A stretch of 62,196 nt of DNA, the filler included, from Sphacelaria rigidula (taxonomy: Eukaryota), in NCBI GenBank assembly GCA_964200075.2. It is 7 parts of 7 records of this genome, joined end to end, with 100 filler letters (N's around TTAATTAATTAA, not from the genome) between each part and the next. Parts side by side here need not be neighbours in the genome. Positions count along the whole stretch, not along the records: positions 1 to 8,800 come from CAXNAA020010063.1; positions 8,901 to 17,700 come from CAXNAA020010064.1; 5 more parts are not named here. The stretch is one strand, 5' to 3'. The position numbers were made by a program, and so were the translations under genes. This document shows, one piece after another, positions 1-12,239 of the stretch. Position 1 is the stretch's first letter, and each line of letters starts with the position of its first letter. Below the pieces are notes generated by a model, which had not been told where the DNA came from, made no database searches, and saw nothing but the letters and a program-made list of their open reading frames with translations.

Positions 1-265
1 GAAGGTGTCGTGAGTGCGAATTACGCGAGGTATGGAGAGAGGAGGGGGGGGGGGGGGGGGGGGCAAAAGATGACAACCAAATTTAAGAAACTACACGGTC
101 GAAACCATCCAAGGTGATGTACTCAGTTATATAAAATAGAAACCACAGTCACATCACCCACCACCTCCATCTCCATTTATGACAGGAGCACTATGAACAA
201 TGACAACAACAACAACAACAACGAGAACAGCAGAAGCAACAGCAGCAGCAGCAGCAGCAACTCAC

Positions 266-411
266 CGCCGCGGTGTAGGTAGTCTCCATGGCCAGAACTC
301 CCTCTTCTCTCATCTCATCCATCACGGCCAATGCTTCGGGCCATCGCCCTGCTTCGCCACAAGCCTTAATAACAACCGAAAATGAGTTCTCCGACCGAGC
401 AACTCCCGAAC
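266..411 (-). CDS. PPR protein, internal exon (gene continues off the left end)
   Basis: AG acceptor at 412-413 and GTGAG donor at 261-265. Encodes SGVARSENSFSVVIKACGEAGRWPEALAVMDEMREEGVLAMETTYTAA, a P-type PPR motif. Phase 1 matches the upstream exon. Confidence 0.9.
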
Positions 412-1000
412 CTGTCGTGGTGTTCGACGGGAAACATGCATGTACATACGTAAAAAACCATGAAAGTGTGCCAGGCCCCGGTGTTTAGATGAAGACAAAA
501 GAAACGGAGTACGATTTCGGGCGAACGTAGTAACCGTAATCGTTCAACAGTGTGAACAAACCCATATCCTCTAGTCGAATTTCCATTTCTCGTACAAAGC
601 TCTTGATGTGCGTTCATCGTCTCGGACCCCGATTTTCTGATGCCAACTGGCACTACAAATCAAAATATTGACGTGTATTGAGGCGTGTCACCATGATCCG
701 AAAAAGTCCAACCTGGAGAACGTTCGAACGTCTTCATCGAATCAGCGTTTCCCGGAACCATTTCCTGAAGGCCGGTCGATGATATTTTTACAGATGCATG
801 AGGAGCGGGGTGCCTTCGCATGAAACCCCCCCACACACACAGCGTATAAACCGCACCGTGCAGCACATTAACATGTCATGTTCCAGAACCACGCCGCAGT
901 AGCTGCTAAAACTGCCATCGGGCATGTGTCATACGATGAATCCCAGTGGACCGGGATAGTCCAAAAGCGCATATCACCGGCATCAACAAAACGGGTATAC

Positions 1001-1164
1001 CTTTCATACCCTCCAAGATGGCGAGGGCGTGCTCCCACCGCCCCGCATCTGCACAAGCCTTAAGCGCCATCACGTGACACCCCTCCCCCGGCTGTAATCC
1101 CAGCGCCCTCATCTCGTTCATCAGAGAGATGGATCGTAACCACTGCCCAGCCTTCCCGCAAGCC
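1001..1164 (-). CDS. PPR protein, internal exon
   Basis: Encodes ACGKAGQWLRSISLMNEMRALGLQPGEGCHVMALKACADAGRWEHALAILEGMK. CAG acceptor and GTAT donor; phases (2 in, 1 out) fit both neighbours. Confidence 0.9.
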
Positions 1165-2924
1165 CTGAAAACGCGTCGCCAGGGTAGGGAGAAAACAGTG
1201 CTCAGAAGCCGCGCCTCGGTAGCCAAATCGGTACACCAACCCTATCTAGTTGTCAAGTAAATTCTATGGGCTCGAATCCCGACAGTCTCTCGGTTTTAGT
1301 CGTACGAAGCCTGGCAAGTTTGATTCGCCGACAGTCAAGGACTGTAAGAGTGACTCATCCAGCAATGCATGATAGAAAGAACTCGAGGCAGGTACCGCGA
1401 AAGAGATGAAATGGATTGATCCCTCCGGACTACGGGGGGCGGGGGCGTAAAAAAACGACGAGGATATATTGCAACGCGCAGAGCAGTTTACATGAAACCG
1501 TAGAGTATATATATGGAGTACACCACCCATGGCGGGAAAACAACCTCTAAACTTGATTTCCTCTTGAATCGTGTAGGCCGCTGCCGCCACAAATTGTGTG
1601 ATTTTGGTTCATATCATCGAGATATTTCGGTGACGGAATGTCACGGCTGGGCGAGGCCACATTCATGTAAAAACTGCAGATTATTTTTCGGATCGCCCCG
1701 GGTGGTATACTCCGTGACTTGCAGTGCTGTCCGTAGGGCTGAGAGTACTTGCAATTGAATTCCCCGGCAGTCATTACACTCTGAAATCGGTATTATACGC
1801 CAAAAATAGTCGGGGGAACGAAAGGAGGGGCGCTGTGGCTGTTATGGGAAGGCTACAAGCTCCATCATATAGCGCATATTCTTGTATGTGGTTCACCTGT
1901 GGTGATGGATGCGCACGCATCAAATTTCGAATTTCAGGGTCTGCAAGTGTTGCGAAGGCAAAAAAGAGGGATCTGTGTACTCATGTAGCAATATCTACAG
2001 TGCCACAGTATAACAGTAGCAATTAAGTACAGCGCATCTCGCGAGGACAATCCTTCAGAAAACAATGATAATGGTTGCTGTACACACACTGTCCCGGGCA
2101 CGCGACCATCTTCCTCAAATAACCCTTGAGCGAGACTTTTGCATTGCTCTGTTCACCGCAGGTAACTCAAGCGGGCTGTCACCGCAAGCACGCTCTTGCC
2201 TCCCACATGATCAGCAAGCCAAAAACAACTTCGTGGACGTGGACAAACGGTGCAGCACAGTACCCACAGTGAACAGAGGCCCAACTTCAACTCCTCTGTA
2301 ACTGCGGTGGCCACAAGCCGCTGAACATTGTGCCACATGGAATAATCCACACACCCCGCATAACAAAACAGAACAGGTCGAAATACGTGCGTTTGTCATG
2401 TTGTAGAAGCGGCTCGTCTCTTCGCTTCGATTTTACTCGGGGCGGGGAAGCTTTTTGACTGCTGCTCTTTCGGGGGTTTACCAGGAGCGCGGCACGTGTC
2501 CGTCACGCAACTTTGTAGCGGGTAGACAACATGTTCCGTGTGAGGTGTGCAACACGCCCAGCACTCGATATTGAAGAATACTATGTGCGATGCATGTGGA
2601 TATACCGTGGCGAGGTCGTGCGGTAAACGGAGGCTTGTGATGGCGGAGCCGTGCCTTGTGAATGAAGAGGAAATCAAGGATCGGACTTTTATTGCCCAGG
2701 TAATATACGACGTGACCTGTCGTGAGTATCGATAGCCGCAGCGCGACGCCATCTGCCTACGGTAGCTACTGCAAGTGCCGGTGCCTGCAGATCAGAGGTC
2801 AGCGAACTTGACATTGTCTTGAGCAAAAGCAATATTCCGCTTTTGCAAGAAAAACACAGAGAACAAAGATGGTCCGAAGAGATGAGAGAAGAAGTTGGCA
2901 AAGTAGATCGATGCAGGTAGTACT

Positions 2925-3004
2925 GAGAGGGGTGTACTCATCATCTTGCGTGTCATAGTCGTAAGATCGTGACCTCGTATACGTACAAAGCCGGGACGGA
3001 GCAA
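2925..3004 (-). repeat. Short dispersed repeat B (LINE-like 3' tail)
   Basis: Matches copies at 10073, 35418, 44343 and 61942. Reverse complement aligns with the LINE 3' end at about 58298-58375. Confidence 0.7.
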
Positions 3005-3150
3005 AGGGTAGAGAGGGTGCTGATATAACATTTCACCAAAAAACTGCACGACCATTCATCAGTGGAGATACATGCCGGACCAATATTGAAATCTTGACAC
3101 CACGGCCTGAATACGTACAGAGCAAAACACAAAATAAACACTTGTAGTAC

Positions 3151-3895
3151 CTCATGGCGCACGCGTATGCACCCTGGTGCGGGGGGTACCCCGCTACATG
3201 CATGGACTCCAGTAGTCGCAGCGCACCGTCCGCATCCTTTCTAAGCGCGGCCGCCTTCAGACCCGACAAGAACAAGTCCAATTCGGGCAACACTCCATTC
3301 GCCAGCAGCCGTTCTACATCGTCGCAAATCGTCCGGGCTCTCCGTTCTTCTTCCTCGCTGAGCACCGGCCGCCGCCCGCGCCCCCCTCCACCAGACAATC
3401 TAACTCCCTCCCCTGTCTTTTGTCGTAATCGGACCCCATCGCGCATCGTCCCGACATCACCACCACCATCTTCACCGTTGGCGCGACGGTTCACATCAAT
3501 CCTGCCCACACCTGCGGCGTTTCCTCCCCTGTCTTTACCGTTGCCCTCGGATCCTGTGCTCACAGTTGCCGAGACGTTGTCGGCGACCCCATGCTCCCCT
3601 GCCATTACCCCCCCGCCGCCTACTAAATCATTGTGGAGATCTTGCCGCGGATTCTGTGGATTCCGTGCATAGTCTCGTACCCCATCGTATTTTGGTAGGT
3701 CTTCCGGTCGTGTACCTGGTCGGGTTCGGAGATCTTCGAATAGTCGAAGAACGGCATCGCGTTTCGAAACTTCTTCGCCAGGGGCGGTGATGAATCGGGT
3801 CATCCGGAGCTGCAGCGGTCGTAGCTGGCGCCGTTGCATTTCGAGCAGCACCCGTTGCGCCACAGACCACTCCCGGCAGCGGCAGCAGCTTGCCA
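3151..3895 (-). CDS. PPR protein, large internal exon (upstream exons not found in this contig)
   Basis: Open frame with PPR-like motifs at both ends (ASCCRCREWSVAQRVLLEMQRRQLRP; LKAAALRKDADGALRLLESMHVAGYPPHQGAYACAMR). TAG acceptor at 3896-3898; AG|GTAC donor in phase 2. Confidence 0.85.
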
Positions 3896-4094
3896 CTACG
3901 GAGGCGTTTGGGGCATGCGAGCGTGGGTGGACGGAAGGCAGGGGGGGGTTGCAAACGACAAAAAAAAAAAACATGGAGCAGCGCATCTACCGTTCGGTCT
4001 CAGTCCTCTTCAGAAATGCGGTTTTGAAACTGGTCGACCTCCCTCATTTATTTGTTGACTTTGTCGCGTGTTGAGGAAAAACGCTATGCACTAG

Positions 4095-7000
4095 TGTTGA
4101 TATGATAGTGTAGTACGGTAACTCGACACATCTCTTGTATCTTGAGATCTCCTTCGTGATACGATTAAGGCTATGCTTGGCTATTTTGTTGCTCGTTTTT
4201 CATCAAGGAATGTATTGGAAATCTCCCGTTGGAATTTCAGCAATCGTCGTGATCTCAATCACGAAGGTTGGCGGGGTTTGCATGCACTAAGGGTATACAA
4301 TACAGTTACATCCGCCGATGAGCATGATCATGCTCCTCCACGTGAACTACCGCTTGTAGAATACAGATATGTAGGTTGTCAGGTACGGTACAGGGATCGG
4401 ACGATGCTACATGAATGTGTCCTCTTGAGTAACAATTCAGTGAGGTCGAGGAGCTAGCACGCGTCCAGTAATTTGATGAAAGTATCGGCTTGAATGGAGT
4501 TACTTGTTCATAATTCAGGGTGGAAGCGACGTGAGCTGGCCCTGCCGGCGGTGCGTGCTCTCCCTCTCCCGTTCTACATTATCCAAGTTTTTCAGTATTT
4601 AGTGAGAGCGAGTGCGTGGTCTTCAAGAGAGATAATTCAAAACGACTTCGATTCATAGTGTTGGAGAGTGCTTCAGAGGCTTCACTGGTTTGAAAGTGCA
4701 CATGTCTTCCCCGTCACTTGTCTGATAAAGGTTGTATTTCGCTGTATCGACGTATTGCTAGGCCGGGTACTGCCTGATATTAATCGTGAGCTAACGAGCA
4801 GCTGTGGGTGAGATAAAGGTAGTGCGAACCGAGCCTTTATGATACAACAGGTTATTAAAACCTCGTGCCAAGCCTCATCAAGAATGTAACAGAGTAAGTC
4901 AATCAAGAGAGGCCACAGGCACGCATCTACTTCGAACTCAGGATGGAGCAACGAAGACAATCCGCCAGCAAGAAGACAGACTTCATGTAGAAAAACAGTC
5001 GGTGCGGCATCCGGGTTATCGTTGTCACTACAAGCAAGATGATTGCTTAGGCTGCAAGAATAGATTCGAGGTGACCACGAGAAGGATACCTTTGAGAAAC
5101 CGCGTCTTCCAAGCTCTCGCAGGCAATTTTTTTTACCGAAGCCACGAGGTCTGTTCGAACGGGAGAAGCCACCAGCATTCGAGGAACGGCTGAAGCCACA
5201 AGAATAACGTATTCCAGTGATGAAGTAGTCACAGTGCACTGTGAAGAGCAGGTGACACATCACGTGCAACTGCTCGAGTTGAAGCCAATATCGTCAACCT
5301 GCATTTGCTTTTTCAGCCGCAAGAATACAACAATCCCAGTGGAGCCATGTCTTCAACGTCTTCAAGGGTAAGTTAGGTTACGACAAGCCATCAGGCCCTG
5401 CAAGGGGCGGATGAGGACTTACAGGACGTGGGAGTTAGCAGCCGCAAAGGTGGAATATACGTCAGCTGCATGTGCGTGCGTCTCTGTATTTGTTCAGTCG
5501 AACGGATGGAAAATCAAAGCGAGACCACTTTCGTTTTGGGTGGCGAATAAGGTGGCCAGAACCCATCCGATCCTAAAAAGGGCGGCTGCGAAGTATCCAA
5601 GGTGTCTAGCTGGTCCGGGGGCACAAATACGCCGGACAGTAACTACAAAAAAAACGTCGAGAAATTACAGTCACTTCGATCCTGCCTGCTCGCCCAGGCC
5701 GCATGTATAGATCTAGACCGTGGTTCCCATGATGGTATTGATGAGTATGCAGGTGCTGGTGCTAATATAGGCATTAGTCCTGGTGTAAATAAACAAGCTC
5801 CTGCTGGTGTATATGTAGGTTTTGCTGCTCGACTCTCCTCTTCTTCTCCGATATCTAGGGCTCCCTGCACGTCAGTACCATCTCTCTAGCTACCCGGGTC
5901 CATGTATTATCCCATTGGCCTCGGTACAACACTCGCAAATAGTGTCTAATCTGTCCTTGATACTTGCATTCCGACCATAATTTAATATATCTGGGACAAA
6001 CCAACAGACGTTTCAAGTGGTGCAGCGAGGTCAACAAGCTTAGATGTATATGCGAGTAGTGGGAGAGACGATATGGACAAACAGGGAACCATGAACGTCC
6101 GAGAATAAAGCGGGAGACGGGGAACACGACCTGCATCTACACGAGCAGCTGCTTCAATTACATCAGCTCCAGGACCTGAACAGTCATCTGCACCAACAAC
6201 AACTGCACCAGCATCGGCACAATTGAGCAATGATGTAGGGAGTGCGTCACGCATCCATGAAAACGCGATGCAATGCTACACACGCGACTTAGACGAGTAT
6301 GTAGGATCGGAACGAGATATTGTCGAGTGGGATACATCTGCAAATCATGTCAGGCGATGCTCGTCGGGGAAGTCGTCACGAAGCAGGGATTGTTGGGAGG
6401 AAGCAAACCCTGCTTCGCTGTTTTCTGCTTAGACCACGGTGCGATACGCAAACGAAGACATTTTTACTGTATCATTTCGTGGCCACAGCTGACGCCGCGC
6501 GCCATCTCAAACTGAAGTTCGAGTCGACCACAGATGAGCAAGGTGACGGCAGAAGGGCAGGAAAAAAGATGAAAAGACTGAATACGTCTCGCCCCGTATG
6601 GAAAGCAACCAACACTCGGACGCTTGGCTCGCAAGATTTCGTCGACACGCTTGCGCACGGAAATGCAGGGAACTGGTGCAGTCGGGATCCGGAGTTCTAG
6701 ACAAAGTTCTCTGGCCGCCAGGCGACCACCATGAACGGATAAGGAATGCAGCAAATGAAAATCCTGAGAACGATGGGGATAAGCTGAAAATGACTGTCCG
6801 AAAGCTGCCCACATACAGTCACCGTACGACAGGCATTATGAGGTACAGTAACGAGCCGTGGGAACAGCCAAGCATGGGCAATGGGAGACCTCATGACGGG
6901 AAAATGTCGGATATGTGGCATAGATCAGTGGACCAGTGACCGCAAGTAAGGAGCGCAACAGCGGTAGGGATGCCAGTGGTTTCAGTAAAAAGTACTGCGA

Positions 7001-7885
7001 ATCGCTCGAATGCTGAATGCACACCGCAGCAACGGCCAGCAAGTAGGGCACATCAAGATAAGGGAGAGCATCCATCGGCTGGACAGGTGGCGACGTTTCG
7101 AGCAACATCACTTCAACCACAGGCGGCACGCGACGTACTCGTGCCGATAGCAGGACCTGTGGCATCCGCACCAGCTCTAGCATCGTTCACGGCTCCAACT
7201 TCAACGGTACCATCTATAGTTGGGGAAGGGGGTACAGTTGACAGCCCACAATCTTTTTCTGCATCTCTAGTATTTCCAAAGTCACCTAGCATCACAAATC
7301 ACAACTAGTCAAGGATACAGCTTTCCCACGCTCATGATCTTTTTGTCCTTTCTAGTTCTTCTCAGTTCCTTTTCTTTCCCTTCCTACGTGGACTTGTGCC
7401 GCTTTCATTCTTGTTTTGTCTGTTCTTGTTTCGTCTTTGTCATGGTTTTGCTTTCTCAGTACACTTACTGCTTCTGTTCCGATTTTCCTTTTTGCGAGTG
7501 TTTTCGTTTCGTTTATCTTGAAAACGTCCATCTTATGGATAATGACCAATCACGGCTGGGTCCCCCGGGGATCGGTTCATGTGCGACAATCTAGCAAGCA
7601 AGCAAGCTTTCATGCAGGCAGATCTTGTCAAGCACAGCGACGCTTCTCACAACTTCGCACACGGTATTACATCCAAGCTGGGAACAAACTGTGAATCGAC
7701 TACACGGAGATGCGGCCAAAGGTGGTGTTCACTACTGCGTGAGCACCCGGTCAGGGCACAGGGATTGGCACTCCACCTGCTGGGGTTCGAGATGACATGG
7801 GTAACGCACAGAACGTTACGGTGTCAGTCATCGTTGCACCAGGTACTGGACAAAATATATTCCCCCCAGAGTGCGCTGCAGACGT
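4095..7885 (+). mobile_element. Degenerate, 3'-truncated Ty1/Copia element (putative LTR, leader, gag, protease region)
   Basis: Frameshifted gag-like peptides (LKFESTTDEQGDGRRAG; LDKVL..HERIRNAANENPE..KLKMTVR), a degenerate knuckle GKCRICG near 6900, and VRDDMGNAQNVTVSVIVAPGTGQNIF near 7790-7860, resembling the Copia VPGLGRNLFS segment. The LTR start (TGTTG at 4095) is tentative. Confidence 0.55.
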
Positions 7886-8800
7886 TCGGCACAAGGAGTT
7901 CCGAAAAACTGTTCTGAAATGTTTGGTCGCCGATAACTCGCGAGGAAAAACAAAAAAATGTAGAGGGGGAAAAGTGGCGTCTTTGCACATACATCATGTA
8001 CATCGTATCAAAATTTCATTGAAAACGACCTGAAACTCAGCTGTTAAATCGCGCGTTCGTGTCCAAGACTGGTTCCTATGTGGAGATGAACCAGCCACGA
8101 AAAAATGAAACGCGGTTACGCTGTTGAATTTCAAGTATTTTTTTACGAAATTTCGACACGATGCGCATGAGGTACCTTGTGAACTCCCTGTTGTCCCCCC
8201 TTGACAATTTTTTTTCTGAATTGTCGACACTTTTGCACCAGAAAAAACTGTTCCGAAATTTAGATCATCAATAACATACGAGGAAAAATAAAATAAAAGA
8301 GGGAGCAAACGGTAGGGGATTCACATATACCCCATGTAAACCGTGTCAAAAATTTCATGGAAAACGACTTCAAATTGAGCAGTGGAATCGCGTTTTTCTG
8401 CCGATAACCGGTTCACTTGCTCAACTCTTTTGGAGTACAAACTGCAGTCTAGCATTTTCTGCGGATGGCCTATTTTCGGGGGTTTTCCGNNNNNNNNNNA
8501 AATCACAATCGCCCAAGTTGGTGTCGTGGGGGCGATACCGGGGAAAGATCCCGTTTACCAGGAGGGTGTTATTGACCGTAGATGGTTCAAGAAACATAGT
8601 TTTCCTGCTTGGCGCAGTGACTAGGTGGAATTTCACAAAAACGATCCTTTTTGAGTCTTCGCTTGTATGATCCGGATCGAGTCGGTCCACCGAAAATACC
8701 GAAAAGCTAGAGCCTAGGGTCGTATTTTTGCAGGACCCCCAAACATCGATCAAGCCCATTAGTCACTCATGATTGATCGCAGATGATTTTTCTTTCAATT

Positions 8801-8900
8801 NNNNNNNNNNNNNNNNNNNNNNNNNNNNNNNNNNNNNNNNNNNNTTAATTAATTAANNNNNNNNNNNNNNNNNNNNNNNNNNNNNNNNNNNNNNNNNNNN
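8801..8900. other. Artificial contig linker (N44-TTAATTAATTAA-N44)
   Basis: 100-bp linker with stop codons in all six frames, repeated six times at about 8.9-kb spacing. Confidence 0.98.
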
Positions 8901-8975
8901 CTTTGGGGGGCGGGTGGAATGAAGGAGGCAAAAAAAGCGGAACGACTTCGTTTTTTAATTTCCCCCGCCATACTT

Positions 8976-9062
8976 TCAATCCCCCCCCCCCCCCCATCCT
9001 CGGGACAAGTGAGTGGTCTCAGGGAATCAACCCGCCTCTCCCGCGGTACACAGACCTTGCAT
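8976..9062. repeat. Short dispersed repeat A (about 80 bp, possibly a retroposon 3' end)
   Basis: Motif TTCAATCCCCC..GGGACGAGTCCGTGGTCTCAAGG(A/C)ATCAACCC..TCTCCCCGGGTA. Related copies at about 12288-12359 (opposite strand), 35907-35961, 48047-48118 and 60210-60290 (opposite strand). Confidence 0.65.
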
Positions 9063-9213
9063 TTTCGTCTCCCAGCTTTGACCGGCACTTCCGCAACGCG
9101 TCCTCTTTCGTCGAATAAACTCGGGTCGGGTACTTTTTTCTCGACTATTTACGTCCTCGCGCTTTGGATGGTGGGAATCAGATACCTTGACAGAAAAACT
9201 TCACCATCTGGAT

Positions 9214-9371
9214 GATGACAATATATGATCAATAGATGCAATGGGCACAATATGTACTGGGTAAGGTATAGGCCTACTGCAACTGTTGACGGCCGACAAT
9301 AATTGCAGTAGGTCTGTACCTTACCCAGTACGCTTCTTGTCTATCGCATCCATTAACCATATATTGTCCTC
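9214..9371. repeat. 158-bp ungapped palindrome (hairpin)
   Basis: Arms pair without gaps; 62 of 79 pairs are Watson-Crick by hand alignment. Confidence 0.85.
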
Positions 9372-9683
9372 TTGTGTGCGATGGACCGCGGGTCTTGAGT
9401 GAATGCGCACGATCGTGTACTAATACTGTTGAGATTTTGGGCACTCGCACAGCACTCCAGTAGGACTACAGTAGTACATACGCTTCCACTATATACATTC
9501 ACCGAAAGCTGATGAAATTGATTATATCCTGAATAGTAATAGTGATTTCATGATGAAAATATATATATATACCGGCGTGTTGGTGAGCCCGGTCGAAAAT
9601 GGCATCTTTGTTGGATATGAGGAGCATCATCAAGCAGTATTTTCCACGTGGCGAGCACAAATCGAGCATTACTTTCCTCTTTA

Positions 9684-9860
9684 GGCCAACTCTTATGGGA
9701 GCGTTTAGAATTTCATTTTGCAATAATTTAAAAATATTTCATTTATTTTGTCTGCCGTAGTTATGTATTTTGTGCCCGTTCACCATGATGACAGAAAAAA
9801 AAAAACTCCTCTGAAATTGTTGCAAAATAAAATTTCAAACGCTCCCATGAGAGTTGGCCC
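9684..9860. mobile_element. MITE, PIF/Harbinger(Tourist)-like
   Basis: About 45-bp TIRs GGCCAACTCTTATGGGAGCGTTT... / ...AAACGCTCCCATGAGAGTTGGCCC, flanked by TA-containing sites. Confidence 0.75.
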
Positions 9861-10072
9861 TACGAGCAATGTTTTCGGTGAGATTCCCAGTACAAGTCTA
9901 GCTGTGCAGTACCTGTAACAATTTCACTGCAAGTACGTCCGACGGCGCCTTGGCCATGGAGATCACATACGCCCCCAAAGCCTCTTGACCCAGCTGCGCC
10001 GTCATCTCGAACGTGCGTAACGTATCCTACAGCAAACGTCCGGGGAGAGGGGACGTGACGTGACGGGGACGT

Positions 10073-10190
10073 GGGGCGGGGGAGGGGTACTGTGTACTCA
10101 TGATCATGCATGCCGTAGTCATAATACGATTGACGTCGCATCCCTACAAAGCCGGGACGTAGCACGCCGGGTTTTCGCCGGACCAGGCTC
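10073..10190 (-). repeat. Short dispersed repeat B (LINE-like 3' tail)
   Basis: GTGTACTCATGATCATGCATGCC..CATCCCTACAAAGCCGGGACG.., preceded by a G-rich tract. Confidence 0.75.
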
Positions 10191-10307
10191 GTACTCAATC
10201 ACCAAGCGCGAAGCGCCGTGTAGAGAGGGGGGGGTTAGTTGGCGTCAAAATAAACATCGCCCACCTCAAGTTGCAGACACATACTTACTTGTCTTGGGCA
10301 AAGCTTT

Positions 10308-10570
10308 CAAGGGTGGGACGAATGAAAGATTCGTCTGGAAATTACTTGATTTTGGTCTAATTTGATTCGTACGGCACGAATCAATCATTAGAACCTTGTT
10401 TCCAGCGTTGCATGTCAGGAACGCGCAGCCCAGGCACGTGGAACGGCGCAAAAATTGCGTGGAGGAGATATTCTTGACCATCGGTCAACTTCGTTTCCTC
10501 TTTCGAGCAATCAGGCCTGGAAAATCGTAAATTTGGTGATTCCAACCAAAGATAATTCGTCCGAACGGTG
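10308..10570. mobile_element. MITE family C (hAT/P-type, 8-bp TSD)
   Basis: CAAGGGT(C/G)GGACGAAT-type TIR; perfect TSD AAAGCTTT at 10300-10307 and 10571-10578; homologous to the copies at 11695 and 32080. Confidence 0.85.
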
Positions 10571-11264
10571 AAAGCTTTCGAACGCTCGAGGCGCCTATCC
10601 TGTATGACTGCCGCGAGGCGGTCTAGCCGAGCCTCCGGGTAATCGGTGCGCGAACCCGCTCGCGGGGGGTTAGTGTTGGGGCACGTTTCCTCCTCCCTCC
10701 AAGGTAAAAAAAAAACATGGCCACAGACTACTACTGAAGGGGACGAAACAGATTGTCGTTCCACGGAAGATGACTCTTGACGTGCCAATTACCTCATTCG
10801 ACATAGAACCTAGATTCACGGGACACAACGCATGCCGCGCCGCATCCTAGGCGATCGCTCGCAACTTCAAGTCCTGTATCCATTCCGGATGTGATGGTCT
10901 ATACTAAAAACCGAGAGCACACCCAGAGTCATACCACGGAACGGTTGTTACACAGCTTCATCGGATTGATCATCAGTGACAGGCCTTGATCTCATCCAAA
11001 AAAGACTGACTGCATGTGTAAAGAGCACGCCACGATCAGGATCCCAGTGAGTGCTCCATCCCGTCCCCCTCAGTAGAGTTTACTCTGATCGTCCTGAGCA
11101 ATAAAGCGACGTTTGAAGAATCATGACACGGTAGAGGTTGCTGCACATTTGGACTCGGGTGTTTTCTCACTGAGGGTCTCTTAAAGTTCGGAGCTAGACC
11201 AGAGGTTGGCATGGGTCAGGACATTCCCGTAATGTAGTTCGTTCACGATTCCCTATTATAGCCA

Positions 11265-11505
11265 GAGCAATGCCACGGTAGGGGTGCACTTTTTTTCGCG
11301 GAAATTTGTCTGGTTCAGGGGCTCCTAAGAACATGGGTCAGGGTATCCCCGTGTGCAGATTTATTCGGGATATCCCCAGCACATTGGAACTGTAATCCTG
11401 GCGTATTCTCGCATATTTTCATAAGTCGTGTTTTGGATGAGATGAAGGGCTCCTAACTATTCTAACCTCAGAAAATATTCGTGTACCCCTACCGTAGCAT
11501 CACTC
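11265..11505. mobile_element. MITE family D
   Basis: TIR GAG..ATGC(C/T)ACGGTAGGGGTGCAC. Homologous copies at 52129, 54972 and 57001. Confidence 0.8.
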
Positions 11506-11694
11506 CACAGACGTATCAAAAACACAGCTCACCAAGGGTGCGCTGGGTAGGGTATCTCCCACATCCCGGTAATCTTGAAAAATCGTACTCGAAGCACAAA
11601 ACACTTTGGGCAGAGAATTGAGATCGTACTCAACAGCAACAACCAGATATTTTGGGTGGGGTAATGCGATCTTACGTATCTTTGCCCAATATGT

Positions 11695-11950
11695 CACGGT
11701 TAGGACAAATCATCACGACTCGAAATTACCGATTTCACGATTTGTTCGGCCTGATTGCCCAAAACGGAGAAAAAAGTTGACCGCTGGTCCAAGGGGTACC
11801 CACGCAACTCTTGCGCCATTCCACGTGCCTCGGCTGCATGTACCTGGGTTGCAACGCTGAAATAAAGCCCAGGGATTGATTCGTCACGAGTCAACTCATT
11901 ATACTAAAAATAAGTAATTTCCAGACTAATCATTATTTGTCCGACCCTTG
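11695..11950. mobile_element. MITE family C (opposite orientation to 10308)
   Basis: Ends ..GTCCGACCCTTG; TSD CAATATGT/CAATATTT (7 of 8). Confidence 0.85.
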
Positions 11951-12059
11951 CAATATTTGGGCGGGGCTCGGATATCAGACTATCGCAAAACAAAACTCGG
12001 GAGAGTAAATACCCGGGTACCTACCTATCCTACCCAATACTCTCTTGCAGTTGACTCAC

Positions 12060-12239
12060 CTGCACGGTTTCATCGAACCCAAGCCGACCGAGAGAATCGC
12101 CCTTGGGTAGCAGGGGTCGCTTTCCATGCAGCTCCGTGAGAAGCCACGACTGCTTCGTTGCCTCGTCCCATTGTGCGTAGGAACCCACACCCAGGTGTCT
12201 CGTGATGGCATCAAGGGCTTCCGTATGCCTCGTTGATTC
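12060..12239 (-). CDS. PPC: Phosphoenolpyruvate carboxylase, internal exon
   Basis: [45 protein letters not shown]. Continues the PEPC LD(I/V)RQES motif from the previous exon. CAG acceptor, GTGAG donor, phase 0. Confidence 0.93.

Noticed and set aside
2280-2560. Cys-rich minus-strand peptide resembling a piggyBac C-terminal domain
   Set aside because: Needs several frameshifts, and no termini or catalytic motifs were found.
7900-8405. Diverged direct repeat (about 160 bp, period about 335 bp)
   Set aside because: Looks like internal repeats of an old transposon; no termini or TSD definable before the 10-N gap at 8490-8499.
8845-8856. TTAATTAATTAA as a regularly spaced biological motif
   Set aside because: Always centred in 44+44 Ns; it is a six-frame-stop assembly linker.
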